Positions 25,401 through 33,320 of a DNA stretch of 64,000 bases are shown one piece after another (the stretch's first letter is position 1; each line of letters begins with the position of its first letter). The translations under genes were made by a program, and so were the position numbers. Source of the DNA: Planctomycetaceae bacterium (GTDB lineage Bacteria > Planctomycetota > Planctomycetia > Planctomycetales > Planctomycetaceae); NCBI GenBank assembly GCA_900299185.1, contig OMIV01000143.1, positions 6,688 to 70,687 of the forward strand, in the 5' to 3' direction. The notes beneath the pieces were generated by a model. That model saw nothing but the letters and a program-made list of their open reading frames with translations. It was not told the DNA's origin and searched no databases.

Positions 25401-28021
25401 GCATCGATTTGTGGCGCACCGTTAAATGCTGGTAGTCCCAGAATTTCGAGCCGATCATCGCCGCCCTGCAGTTGCACGGTGATGGATGAGAGCGACGACA
25501 TTGACGACGACGCAATGCGAACGGTGTGAGGATCCAGTTGCTCGCCGCCAATCGTCTGAATCAACAGCGTGTCTTCGTGGACGATCAGATCTCCGTTATC
25601 TGTCATCGAAATCGTCATCTGGTTGGCAACAGATGCGTATGGCGACTCGTTGACAGAAATCTGGGAGTTAACGGTTACTTCATTTGAGAAGTGCGTCACT
25701 TCGACGGTCACAGTCGGCGTAGAGATGAGATCACCAATACCGAAGCTGGCATCAGCCACAGATCCATTTGGCTCGACATAGACGACAGGCGTCGTGGTTG
25801 CGAACTCGTTGGGTTCGAGCGCAACTCGAACTTGATAGATGCCTCGCCCCTGTTGCTCGAAGGAGTAGTGGCCGTCTTCATCAGTCAGCCGCCACGGCTC
25901 TTCAGCAAGTCCATCGAAGTGACCATCGCCACTGACGGGATTGTTGAGCACGCCGTCGCCGTTGAGGTCGATGAAGACTCCTCGATGAGCAATCGCTGTT
26001 TCGTCTTCATCGCGATAGCTATTGCCGTTTGCGTCTTGGAAAACGGTGCCCGTGATGTCGAAGCGGCGGAAGTTACCAAAGTCCGCGACGGTGATTTCGC
26101 GACCGGGATGCACCGTGACGAGCTGGCTGCGCGTGTCATCTCGCAAGGTGATCAAGATCCGCGCGTAGTTGTTGGTCTCATCCAACTCGGTGAAGTGGTT
26201 CTCGGGATCCACGATCGCTTCGAGCCAGTATTGGCCCGGCTCTAAGCCCGCGACGTTGACCTCTTGGCCCGGCGTGCCTGCTCCATAGATGTCTTCCCAA
26301 CCGACTGAAATTTCTTGCTCGGTGTCGCAGCCCAGTCCACTGCCGTCTGGGTCAGCGTTGGGCAACGGCGGAGTCGTCGGGTACTGAGCAACGTCAATCA
26401 AGCAGAAGCTGGTCTTCTCGCCGCCTCGCACTTGCTCGCCCAACTCCGGCACACCGTCGCTGTTCGCATCGGGTGTTGCGGCAAAGAGCCGGTACTCGGC
26501 GAACTCGTTGAAGTGGATGTGATTGTGCTCGGGATGAAACTCGAAGAGCCCCGCGAGCCGTTCGGTGTAGCCACCTTGATCGTCATAGATCCGCTGATAG
26601 ACGTTCTGCGTGCCGTCGTGATTGTCTTCACCACCCACGATTCGCAGCGGTCCATTTCCAACGTTGGGAGTGCCCTGACTGAAGCGGATGACGTCGCCGT
26701 CGCGATAGACATCGCGCAGGCCATTAACGGGATCAACGACCAGATCCGGCAAGAGTGCGGCAGGGTCATCAGCCGTGCCAACCGGAGGCTGAACGACCTC
26801 GAAGGAACCCGCTTGAATGACGGGGTTATCACCCACCAGCGGCACTGAGTTGGCTGGCGGCGCAGTGATCTCTTCACCTTCAGGAGTGACTTCGCGAACG
26901 AGGTACTCACCGGCCGGTACGTCGTTGAAAACGTAGTAGCCCGGATGCACGACGATGTAGTCATCGAACAGTTCTTCTTGGGTGAAGGTCACAGTCGTTC
27001 GCAGCACTTCTTCAGTCAGTGGATCGAGCAGCTCGATCGTTACTCCGTTCTCGCCCTCTTCGCTGAAGTCGCGGAATCCGTTGCCGTTGCCGTCGAGGAA
27101 GACAAAGCCGCTGATGGAACCAGGCAACTCATGCAATCCGAAGTTGGCTGTTGCAGCAGACGATCCACCATCAACGGCAACAACTTGCACGTTCGAGTTG
27201 GTCGGCTGAGTGACTTCTAAGCCTGGAAGAGTTACGACACCGACCGCATACGTACCGCTCTCTAGTTCGGAGAAGTGATAGTTGCCTTCTGAGTCAGTGA
27301 GCTGAAGCGGTTCGGCGTTAGGAGTCTTGGTTGTGATCGCCGAGATCGACCAGTTGAGCAACGTGCCCTCATCTCCTTGAGCGCCGTCGACGATTTCCAA
27401 AGTCCAAGGTCCATCGACGCTGAGCCCGTCAAATACTGACAAGCTCTCGATCGGACGGAAGGAGCCGTTGAACGGTGCATTGCCCTCGGCAATCCCTAGA
27501 TCCGCTTCGTCATCGAATGTTGTGACTTGATAGTTGTCGCCACCACTACCGAGGTTCTCCGACAGCGTTACGCGGATCCCCTGCGGGCCGATGAGCGTCA
27601 ACGTTAAGTCGCCATCGAAGGTGTGAGTGAGCTCAACATTGACGTTGAGGTCGATAATGTTGCCACCTTCAAATCCGATGGAAAGAGGGCGAATGATCGT
27701 GATGCCTGATGTAATCGTGCCTACTTCTGGAATCGCCATCGGCAATCCGTCACCCGGATAAACTTCGCGCGGTGACTCGTAGGTGCCGTTGTTATTGAGG
27801 TCCAAGAACACGCCCACGCCCGCCAGTCCGGTGTCTCCAACGTCGCGAGCACCATTGCCGTTGAGGTCCTCGAAGACCGTGCCCGAGACAGCACCAGTCC
27901 CCGACAAAAGCTGCCGCGCTTCGAGCTGCTCGAGTCGCCGAGGATCGAGTCGCGAACGGTTCCGACGAGTGACCGACTTACCGATCGTCTTGATCCAACG
28001 ACGCCATGAATTGTGCAACAT
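22469..28021 (-). CDS. giant RTX (hemolysin-type Ca-binding repeat) protein with SdrD-B/Cna-B-like domains, a P-domain and a lysyl-oxidase-like domain
   Basis: 1850 aa. The N-terminus is Arg-rich with [12 protein letters not shown]. SdrD-B-like units include [31 protein letters not shown] and [32 protein letters not shown]. From about residue 852 onward (nt ~22502-25468) there are many GGxGxDxLx nonapeptides, e.g. [24 protein letters not shown] and [24 protein letters not shown]. Confidence 0.9.
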   Translation of the reverse strand: MLHNSWRRWIKTIGKSVTRRNRSRLDPRRLEQLEARQLLSGTGAVSGTVFEDLNGNGARDVGDTGLAGVGVFLDLNNNGTYESPREVYPGDGLPMAIPEVGTITSGITIIRPLSIGFEGGNIIDLNVNVELTHTFDGDLTLTLIGPQGIRVTLSENLGSGGDNYQVTTFDDEADLGIAEGNAPFNGSFRPIESLSVFDGLSVDGPWTLEIVDGAQGDEGTLLNWSISAITTKTPNAEPLQLTDSEGNYHFSELESGTYAVGVVTLPGLEVTQPTNSNVQVVAVDGGSSAATANFGLHELPGSISGFVFLDGNGNGFRDFSEEGENGVTIELLDPLTEEVLRTTVTFTQEELFDDYIVVHPGYYVFNDVPAGEYLVREVTPEGEEITAPPANSVPLVGDNPVIQAGSFEVVQPPVGTADDPAALLPDLVVDPVNGLRDVYRDGDVIRFSQGTPNVGNGPLRIVGGEDNHDGTQNVYQRIYDDQGGYTERLAGLFEFHPEHNHIHFNEFAEYRLFAATPDANSDGVPELGEQVRGGEKTSFCLIDVAQYPTTPPLPNADPDGSGLGCDTEQEISVGWEDIYGAGTPGQEVNVAGLEPGQYWLEAIVDPENHFTELDETNNYARILITLRDDTRSQLVTVHPGREITVADFGNFRRFDITGTVFQDANGNSYRDEDETAIAHRGVFIDLNGDGVLNNPVSGDGHFDGLAEEPWRLTDEDGHYSFEQQGRGIYQVRVALEPNEFATTTPVVYVEPNGSVADASFGIGDLISTPTVTVEVTHFSNEVTVNSQISVNESPYASVANQMTISMTDNGDLIVHEDTLLIQTIGGEQLDPHTVRIASSSMSSLSSITVQLQGGDDRLEILGLPAFNGAPQIDAGFGNDTVIGSAAAESIFGGFGDDLLQGGDGADLLSGGSGNDLLDGGDGDDVVSGDEDDDDVSGSAGNDSLSGGSGINSVDGGLGDDQLVESSFSQITLTDSDVTLGYEFIIGEGQLPSDLPAGTVTISTQSLLGSAGVDEMNLALSAFIKSNSIGGELGEALNHHRGESPELDHLLGEPEFQAFFQTVISTGLSFEDVATNSGLIPFPSDTFGHSTFSGIENASLSLSRFFFGGLVDASAYSRPLMISGSNGNDLLIGGRNNDGIQGNGGDDTIQGGAGIDVLDGGEGDDSLNGGGGGDILIGDVGQDVLDGVSGDDVLLGGPGNDVLRGGTGQDVLQGDDGDDTQSGGAGDDIFDYVPLGQGEAYYGDDVINGDQGNDFMGYTLPRAGRIEFLGNQVFIDDDRSHFMSFADIESLTVTGTAETDLIIEAYTSLRSTQFFGLEGEDILQSQTARSLLNGGAGGDFLIGSPLNDTLLGGDGDDTITSNYGDDLVAGGSGQDQLLEFFTSPSYVLTNTSAVGLGRDTLRSIEFANISGSDGPDFIDASKFRGPVGLSGQGGNDTLIGGNNSDFIRGGDGNDKIQGNAGNDNLVGEIGNDSLMGSDGDDYLLGGTGNDSLQGDLGNDFLNGEAGNDSLTGNDGNDQLVGSSGRDALIPGAGDDVVDGGDGDDVLRLTAQTTLTLFETYVTGDGIDMFLNNGAQVLVSPFERVTINGSAAANTIDTTAYSRSVTINGGAGNDTIRSGSAADQLNGGDGDDSLDSGLGGDIVNGDAGVDSISASGDRNFTISDSTFIGFDTDTLSSIDRVRLTGGDSANTLDATSFSGSAVLIGGVGNDTLLGGSGNDSLDGGDGADVLKGRAGNDFISGGAGNDTLNGGAGNDTLNGDDGDDALSGYTGNDSINGGSGNDTLIGGVGNDSLRGNAGDDLMRGDAGADVIAGNAGTDSAIILGATSDDSVNRQTTERLLGFIFIADWIDSI
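26144..26764 (-). other. lysyl oxidase (LOX)-like copper amine oxidase domain inside the RTX protein (residues ~420-626)
   Basis: Motif-by-motif match to the animal LOX catalytic domain, recalled from memory. LPDLVVDP vs [24 protein letters not shown] vs [36 protein letters not shown] vs [21 protein letters not shown] (Cu ligands H499/H501/H503, nt 26513-26527). [11 protein letters not shown] vs EGHKASFCLED (K536). WEDIYGAG...[28 protein letters not shown] vs CYDTYGAD...[28 protein letters not shown] (Y579). Confidence 0.8.
27332..27739 (-). other. proprotein-convertase P-domain-like module (residues ~95-230) without an adjacent subtilisin domain
   Basis: [50 protein letters not shown]...[43 protein letters not shown] follows the P-domain pattern (H.y.GDL...L.sP.Gt...L...F.D.a...g.f.P...L..F.G....G.W.L.v.D....D.G.L..W.l). 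Confidence 0.65.
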
Positions 28022-28355
28022 CAGGCCCGACCTTTCTGCTCGACGAGTTCAGACAACGAGCGATTGAATAAGTAAGTGAGTGAGGGGCAGTCAGTGACCG
28101 GCGTGCCCAAGCCGTCCTCGCCATCCGCTGCGGATCTATCCAATCCGTTCATCGCCACAGTGGAGCGGAAGCTAGGGCAACCTCAACAGGCTGAGCAAGA
28201 TAGGCAGCATGAAACCAAGCCGACTGATCTTGAGCCGTTTTTGCCACTCGCATTATGTAGAGGCCAGCCAGGCAACCTGAGTCGTCGTCGAGGGAATCAT
28301 GGGACGATGACGACAGACGGCGCGGCCTTGGCTCTTCGGTGCGAAAGGATTCGCT

Positions 28356-29927
28356 ATGCGTTCGGCTCTGCTCTTGCCGGGCTTGGTGTTATGGGCCTGT
28401 ATTGCTGGTGCGATTGGATCGTCGGTCGCAGGGGCTGCTGAGCCTCCGTTTGCTGGCGTTGTCGCCAACGACGAAGCCTTGGTCCGCAGCGGCGCGGACG
28501 AGGACTATTACCCGACGATGAAGCTCAGCCGCGGCGCGCCTTTGAATGTCGTGCGTGAGGACTTCGGCTGGTACGTCATTGAACCGCCGACGGGCAGCTA
28601 CAGCTGGGTTAATGCCGAGCACGTAGAACGCCGCGCGGGCAATCGAGGTATCGTCACTGCCGACACTTGGGACCGACTGGGTTCTGATCTGGATATCGCG
28701 GACAATGAGCCCGTTCGTCATCGATTGGCCAAGCGCGAGACCGTTGAGATTCTGGGTGAAGCCGAAGTCTCCACCGAACGTGGCAAGGTCAAGATGCTGA
28801 AGATCAAGCCACCCCGCGGTGAGTATCGCTACATCCGCAAAGGCGATGTAGAGCCCGCCACCGCTGATTCACCCAAGGCGGGCGAGTTGCCCTTGGCGCT
28901 GACCGACAAAAAGAAGCCCGCAGCTTCCAAACCGGAAAGCAAGGCCGGGAAGGGCAGTGACGAAAAGCCCATCGCCAATTTGCTCCCCGCTAACGACAAC
29001 GAAGGCGTCCCAACTCCCAAGGTCGAACAAGAAACTCCCGCAGCACTGCCGGAGCCGAAAGCCACTAAGCCCACTGAAGCAGTCGCATCCTCTGAAATCC
29101 CGCCGGGCCACATTGATGCCAACGTCCGACTGAAGCAGATCGACGATGAGTTCCGAGTCATGGCTGAAAAGCCCTCGGCTGAATGGAACTTGGCCAGCAT
29201 TCGGGACCAATACACCGAGCTCCGCGGCTACATCGAGGACGCTGACTTTCGTAAGGAAGTGGATAAGCGACTGGCTGCGGTCGGTCGTTATCAGACGCGC
29301 TACAACGACTTCATCGCCGTGCAGCAGATCATGAAAGATACTGAAGCTCGCGACGAACAGATCCGGCAACAATTCTTACAGGGCCGACAAAACGTCGCGA
29401 TGCAGACGCCGGTAACAACTCATGTTTCAAGATCGAACCAAACTCCAACCAGCAGCGACCCGTTCGCTCAACCAACGACTCAGCTAACACCACAGCCTCA
29501 GCCCAGCACTCAGCCTCGTCAGCCACAACCACAAGCTGGTCAACAGCCTCAACAGTGGCCCTATCGACCACAACAGGCATGGGGAGCGACTCAACCGCAG
29601 AACGGGCGACCGACCATGCCCGGTGTGCAGCCGACTCCAGCAACCGGACCGAGCTTCATGACTCCGCCGCTGCTACCTCGGAAGTATGACGGAGCAGGCA
29701 TCGTGCAACGCTCGGCCCTGAACCGTCCTGGTTGGCCGCAGCATGTGTTGATCGCTCCCGATGGCCGAGTCTTGACGTACCTTCAAGCTGGCCCCGGAGT
29801 TGATCTCGACCGTTACGTCGGCAAGTCGATGGGCATGATCGGTCAACGAGGCTTCCGCCAAGACTTGAATGCGGATCTGCTGGTGGTGCAACAAGCCGCT
29901 CCGGTGCGTTTAAAGACCGGGCCGTAG
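28356..29927 (+). CDS. secreted SH3b-domain protein with coiled-coil and Pro/Gln-rich low-complexity region
   Basis: 523 aa with signal peptide MRSALLLPGLVLWACIAGAIGSSVAGAA. SH3b-like region ALVRSGADEDYYPTMKLSRGAPLNVVREDFGWYVIEPPTGSYSWVNAEHV. P/Q tract QPTTQLTPQPQPSTQPRQPQPQAGQQPQQWPYRPQQ. Confidence 0.7.
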   Translation: MRSALLLPGLVLWACIAGAIGSSVAGAAEPPFAGVVANDEALVRSGADEDYYPTMKLSRGAPLNVVREDFGWYVIEPPTGSYSWVNAEHVERRAGNRGIVTADTWDRLGSDLDIADNEPVRHRLAKRETVEILGEAEVSTERGKVKMLKIKPPRGEYRYIRKGDVEPATADSPKAGELPLALTDKKKPAASKPESKAGKGSDEKPIANLLPANDNEGVPTPKVEQETPAALPEPKATKPTEAVASSEIPPGHIDANVRLKQIDDEFRVMAEKPSAEWNLASIRDQYTELRGYIEDADFRKEVDKRLAAVGRYQTRYNDFIAVQQIMKDTEARDEQIRQQFLQGRQNVAMQTPVTTHVSRSNQTPTSSDPFAQPTTQLTPQPQPSTQPRQPQPQAGQQPQQWPYRPQQAWGATQPQNGRPTMPGVQPTPATGPSFMTPPLLPRKYDGAGIVQRSALNRPGWPQHVLIAPDGRVLTYLQAGPGVDLDRYVGKSMGMIGQRGFRQDLNADLLVVQQAAPVRLKTGP

Positions 29928-29955
29928 TCCGTCGCAAACTCGCTGCATCGCTGTA

Positions 29956-29996
29956 AGCCCACTCGTTCCCATGCTCTGCCGGGGAACGAGTGGGCT
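29956..29996. terminator. bidirectional hairpin between convergent SH3b gene and gpsA (repeat family R3)
   Basis: Perfect 15-bp stem: agcccactcgttccc (29956-29970) pairs with gggaacgagtgggct (29982-29996). Loop is atgctctgccg. It shares the ctcgttccc/gggaacgag core and a loop of the form a-N-gctct with the hairpin at 6862-6887. Confidence 0.7.
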
Positions 29997-29997
29997 G

Positions 29998-30987
29998 TCA
30001 CTCCTTCTTCGGCGGTCGCCCCATGAGTGATGCCGTCGCCGCGGCAGGCGGCTTGCCTTCGAACAAGACGGCATGCACTTCGCGAGTGATGGGCATATCA
30101 AGATTGTGCTTCAGCGCGAGGTCGTTGACGGACCGAGTGGTTCTCACACCTTCAGCCACGGCCGTCATCTGAGACAGGATCTGCTCCAACGTTTCGCCGC
30201 GTCCGAGTCGCTCTCCAACATGCCGATTGCGGCTGTGACGACTAATACACGTCGTGATGAGATCCCCCAAACCAGCAAGCCCAAACAGCGTCGTCGGGTC
30301 TGCTGCCAACGCCGATCCGAAGCGCGTCATCTCTGCGAGACCACGCGTCATAAGAGCCGACTTCGCGTTGTCTCCCAGTCCCAGCCCATCACAGATGCCA
30401 ACAGCAATCGCGAGCACATTCTTCAGCGCTCCACCCAGCTCGACACCGACGATGTCTTCGTTGGTGTAAACCCGAAAGCGATCGGTGCTGAAGAGATCCT
30501 GCACCAGCCGCGCTGCTGCCAGATCATGCGACGCCGCCACAACACTGCAGGGCAGCCGATTCGCAAACTCTTCGGCATGACTCGGACCACCCAGCACAAC
30601 CACTCGATCGGTTTCAAGTGCCTCGCGAATGATCTCGCTGGGGCGCGAGAACGTAGAGTTCTCAATCCCCTTGATCACGCTGACCACAATGGGATTCGTC
30701 GTCAGATGCGGCTTCACAGCCGACAACGCATCTCGCAGGAACGAGGTCGGGATCGCTGCCACCAAGATGTCGGCGTCTTGCACGGACATCGCTAAGTCCG
30801 AGCTGATGAGGACGCCGTCTGGGATGCGAACACCGGGCAACAACCGCTGGTTTTCTCGCGTGCGATGCATGTCCGCGACGAAGTCCGCGTTGCGAGCCCA
30901 CAACGTCACGGAATGTCCTGAACGATCTCCAAGCAATACCGAGCATCCCGTGCCCATTGCTCCGCCGCCCAATAGCGTGATCTTCAT
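29998..30987 (-). CDS. gpsA: NAD(P)H-dependent glycerol-3-phosphate dehydrogenase
   Basis: Start chosen at ATG 30987 (MKITLLGGGAMGTGCSVLL, a Rossmann GxGxxG). Typical GpsA blocks: NQRLLPGV, GPSHAEE, GALKNVLAIAVGICDGLGLGDNAKSALMTRGLAEM, EGVRTTRSV. The track ORF extends 54 codons further upstream. Confidence 0.9.
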   Translation of the reverse strand: MKITLLGGGAMGTGCSVLLGDRSGHSVTLWARNADFVADMHRTRENQRLLPGVRIPDGVLISSDLAMSVQDADILVAAIPTSFLRDALSAVKPHLTTNPIVVSVIKGIENSTFSRPSEIIREALETDRVVVLGGPSHAEEFANRLPCSVVAASHDLAAARLVQDLFSTDRFRVYTNEDIVGVELGGALKNVLAIAVGICDGLGLGDNAKSALMTRGLAEMTRFGSALAADPTTLFGLAGLGDLITTCISRHSRNRHVGERLGRGETLEQILSQMTAVAEGVRTTRSVNDLALKHNLDMPITREVHAVLFEGKPPAAATASLMGRPPKKE

Positions 30988-31185
30988 GATGAGTGGTTTC
31001 TGCCGATCAATCCGGTCGTAGCGGAGGGTTCCGTCGCAGATCGTTGGCATTAGAGATTGGCAATTTGCCAATCGCCAAACGCGACCTAGTTTTGAAGCGA
31101 TTGAGTGGCATTCCGCCGTCAATCGTGACGAGGTGTTTTCGTGGAACACTGCGGGCCAAACACAGCGTCCTTCGGAGGATTCTTA

Positions 31186-31434
31186 ATGCAAGCCGCCACC
31201 CTACAACAGCCAGTCGAAACCACCGGATTCGTTGATCGTCGACGTTCATTTGCCGGTCATCGTCCTGACGGCCCCGAGCGTCGCCAGTTCCGCGACGGCA
31301 ATGCCTCGTTGAACTCAGAAGTTCGTGAACTGCAAGACGCGATCGATACCTACAAGGTCTCGAACCATCGCAAGTTCATCACGACTCAAGAGCTTTACGA
31401 TGTGATCTATGAACTCGGCTATCGGAAGTTCTAA
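31186..31434 (+). CDS. small hypothetical protein (82 aa)
   Basis: ATG at 31186 gives MQAATLQQPVETTGFVDRRRSFAGHRPDGPERRQFRDGNASLNSEVRELQDAIDTYKVSNHRKFITTQELYDVIYELGYRKF. The composition looks coding, but no family was recognised. Confidence 0.45.
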   Translation: MQAATLQQPVETTGFVDRRRSFAGHRPDGPERRQFRDGNASLNSEVRELQDAIDTYKVSNHRKFITTQELYDVIYELGYRKF

Positions 31435-31593
31435 ACCAACGAACTCTCACTTTTGACTGTCGATCAGACGGGGCCACTCACCCGTCTTGTTCGTTGACGG
31501 ACTCGCGATAACTCCCAGCCTTGCCAGTTCGCGGTTCATCCAACCACAGTGAGTCGAGCACATCGTTCCTCACTCTGCTCTCAGGATGAATTC

Positions 31594-32181
31594 ATGTCGG
31601 ACGCGGATCGTTTTGAAGTCGAACTCAAGTTTCCCTTAGGCGACCAGCGAGCTGTTGTCGTCGAGCAACTGCGGACGATGGGTGCGACGTGCGGCGAAAC
31701 CGTGCCGCAGGCCGATCGCTACTTCAATCATCCGCAACGCGACTTCGCTGAGACCGACGAAGCTTTTCGTATTCGCTCGATCGGTGAGTTGAACGTCGTG
31801 ACCTACAAAGGCCCCAAGATCGACTCGCGCACCAAGACGCGGCGCGAGATCGAATTGCCGATTGGCCCCAGTGCCCAAACCGCCGAGCAACTGGCTGAGG
31901 TGTTGACGATCCTCAGCTTTCGTCCTGTCGCCACCGTTCGCAAGCAACGACAGCCCTGGCATCTCACTCAGAGCGAATGGCATTTCGAAATCGCGTTGGA
32001 TGAGGTCGAGCAAGTGGGTTCGTATCTCGAGATCGAACTCGTCGCGAACAAGGCTCAACTCGCAGCCGCCCAAACTGCCGTTCTCGACCTCGCCGCCAAG
32101 CTGGGACTCGACGCGCCCGAAAAGCGGTCGTATCTCCGCATCTTTCTCGAACGAACTCAACAACCAGCCCGCGGCGAGTAG
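31594..32181 (+). CDS. CYTH-domain protein (class IV adenylate cyclase CyaB-like / triphosphate tunnel metalloenzyme)
   Basis: ATG at 31594 gives MSDADRFEVELKFPL, carrying the ExExK CYTH signature. Also QADRYFNHP, AFRIRS, LTYKGP, RREIELPI and a C-terminal YLEIELV. Length ~195 aa, typical of CyaB. Confidence 0.8.
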   Translation: MSDADRFEVELKFPLGDQRAVVVEQLRTMGATCGETVPQADRYFNHPQRDFAETDEAFRIRSIGELNVVTYKGPKIDSRTKTRREIELPIGPSAQTAEQLAEVLTILSFRPVATVRKQRQPWHLTQSEWHFEIALDEVEQVGSYLEIELVANKAQLAAAQTAVLDLAAKLGLDAPEKRSYLRIFLERTQQPARGE

Positions 32182-32573
32182 CGCGTGAGATCCGTCTCTT
32201 CGATGAGACATGCAATGTTCTGGTTGTTGCCAAGTTTGCTAACCGCAGTGTTCCAAAGGCTGAACGATGCAAACTGCGACTTAACGCTCAATTGTGAAAC
32301 AGCCTGCGATCGGCTCCCAACCTTCGTTCGGGTTATGAGGATTGCAACGGTCGTCATGGCCATGTGGTGCGGGTTGCACGGGTTAGCAAGCTCGCCACCC
32401 GCGAGCTTGCTCTTACGTCCGACATGAATGTCCGCTGAGGCACATCGGGCAAGTGAGTTGCTCTTGGCAGATCCGCTTTGCGCCCAAGTTGGGTTCGCAG
32501 CCAGTGTAGACCACGGACGGGTCGGAGTTGGCTGCGCGTATCTGCCGTTCAATCTCCATCGCAAGTTGTTCTC

Positions 32574-33251
32574 ATGAAACTTCGCAACTGGCTGGCCCGC
32601 GCTGTTCGTCCGGTAGTCTCTTCCCGCCTCAACAACGCCACCCAATCGCGTCGCTCTACATACCTATCGCGCCGCCTCACCGCCGCCACTCTCGAAACTC
32701 TGGAAGATCGCGCCTTGCTGTCGTCGATCTCGGCCAGCCTCGTGAACGGCGACTTAACAATCAGCGATTCAGACGCGACCGGTAAGAACAACTTCCTCTC
32801 GGTCAGTGTGAGCGGCTCGAACCTCGTTGTTTCAGACTCCTTTGAAACATTTATTGCGGCTCCGTCCGGTGGGGTGCTCAGCAATGGAAACACGACGTTG
32901 ACGATTCCGCTGGCCTCAGTGACCGGCACATTGACCATTGATGGGGGCAAGGGCACAGACAACATCTCGATCAACGCGCTCAATGGTTTGCTGGGCGGAC
33001 TGTCGGTCAATGGTGGCGAAGGCGATGACTCCGTCACGTTTAATGGAGACATCACATTCGCGACGAACGCCAGTCTCGATGTTGATCTTCAGAACGATGC
33101 TGCCACACCCGGAGTGGACCAAGTCACCGTCAATAACGATGCGAATCTGGTGCTATCTGGCACCGGGCCGGCGACGATGAAGGTCAGCAAGAGCATTCAA
33201 TTTAATCCGGGGTCGAGCCTCATCACGGCAAACGGCAACCTCACACTCTAA
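32574..33251 (+). CDS. giant exported protein B, N-terminal piece (leader plus beta-helix-like region), ends at an in-frame TAA
   Basis: ATG at 32574 gives MKLRNWLARAVRPVVSSRLNNATQSRRSTYLSRRLTAATLETLEDRALLSS. It continues with LTISDSDATGKNNFLSVSVSGSNLVVSD...GGKGTDNISINALNG...NGGEGDDSVTFNGD. TAA at 33249-33251 is in the same frame as ORF 33321..39281. Confidence 0.65.
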   Translation: MKLRNWLARAVRPVVSSRLNNATQSRRSTYLSRRLTAATLETLEDRALLSSISASLVNGDLTISDSDATGKNNFLSVSVSGSNLVVSDSFETFIAAPSGGVLSNGNTTLTIPLASVTGTLTIDGGKGTDNISINALNGLLGGLSVNGGEGDDSVTFNGDITFATNASLDVDLQNDAATPGVDQVTVNNDANLVLSGTGPATMKVSKSIQFNPGSSLITANGNLTL

Positions 33252-33320
33252 GCCAATCAACAAGCTGTCGCGTCGACCGGTGAGTTCGGCGGCATTCGAC
33301 TTGATAACTCCACGATCGCG

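Noticed and set aside
22502-25468. Periodic 27-nt DNA repeats that might be mistaken for a CRISPR-like or tandem-repeat array
   Set aside because: The periodicity comes from the RTX nonapeptide (GGxGxDxLx) coding repeats. The units are degenerate, contiguous and in frame, with no spacers and no cas genes.
33249-33251. Selenocysteine or pyrrolysine recoding at the in-frame stops
   Set aside because: Both stops are TAA. Selenocysteine uses TGA and pyrrolysine uses TAG. I also saw no SECIS-like or PYLIS-like context.
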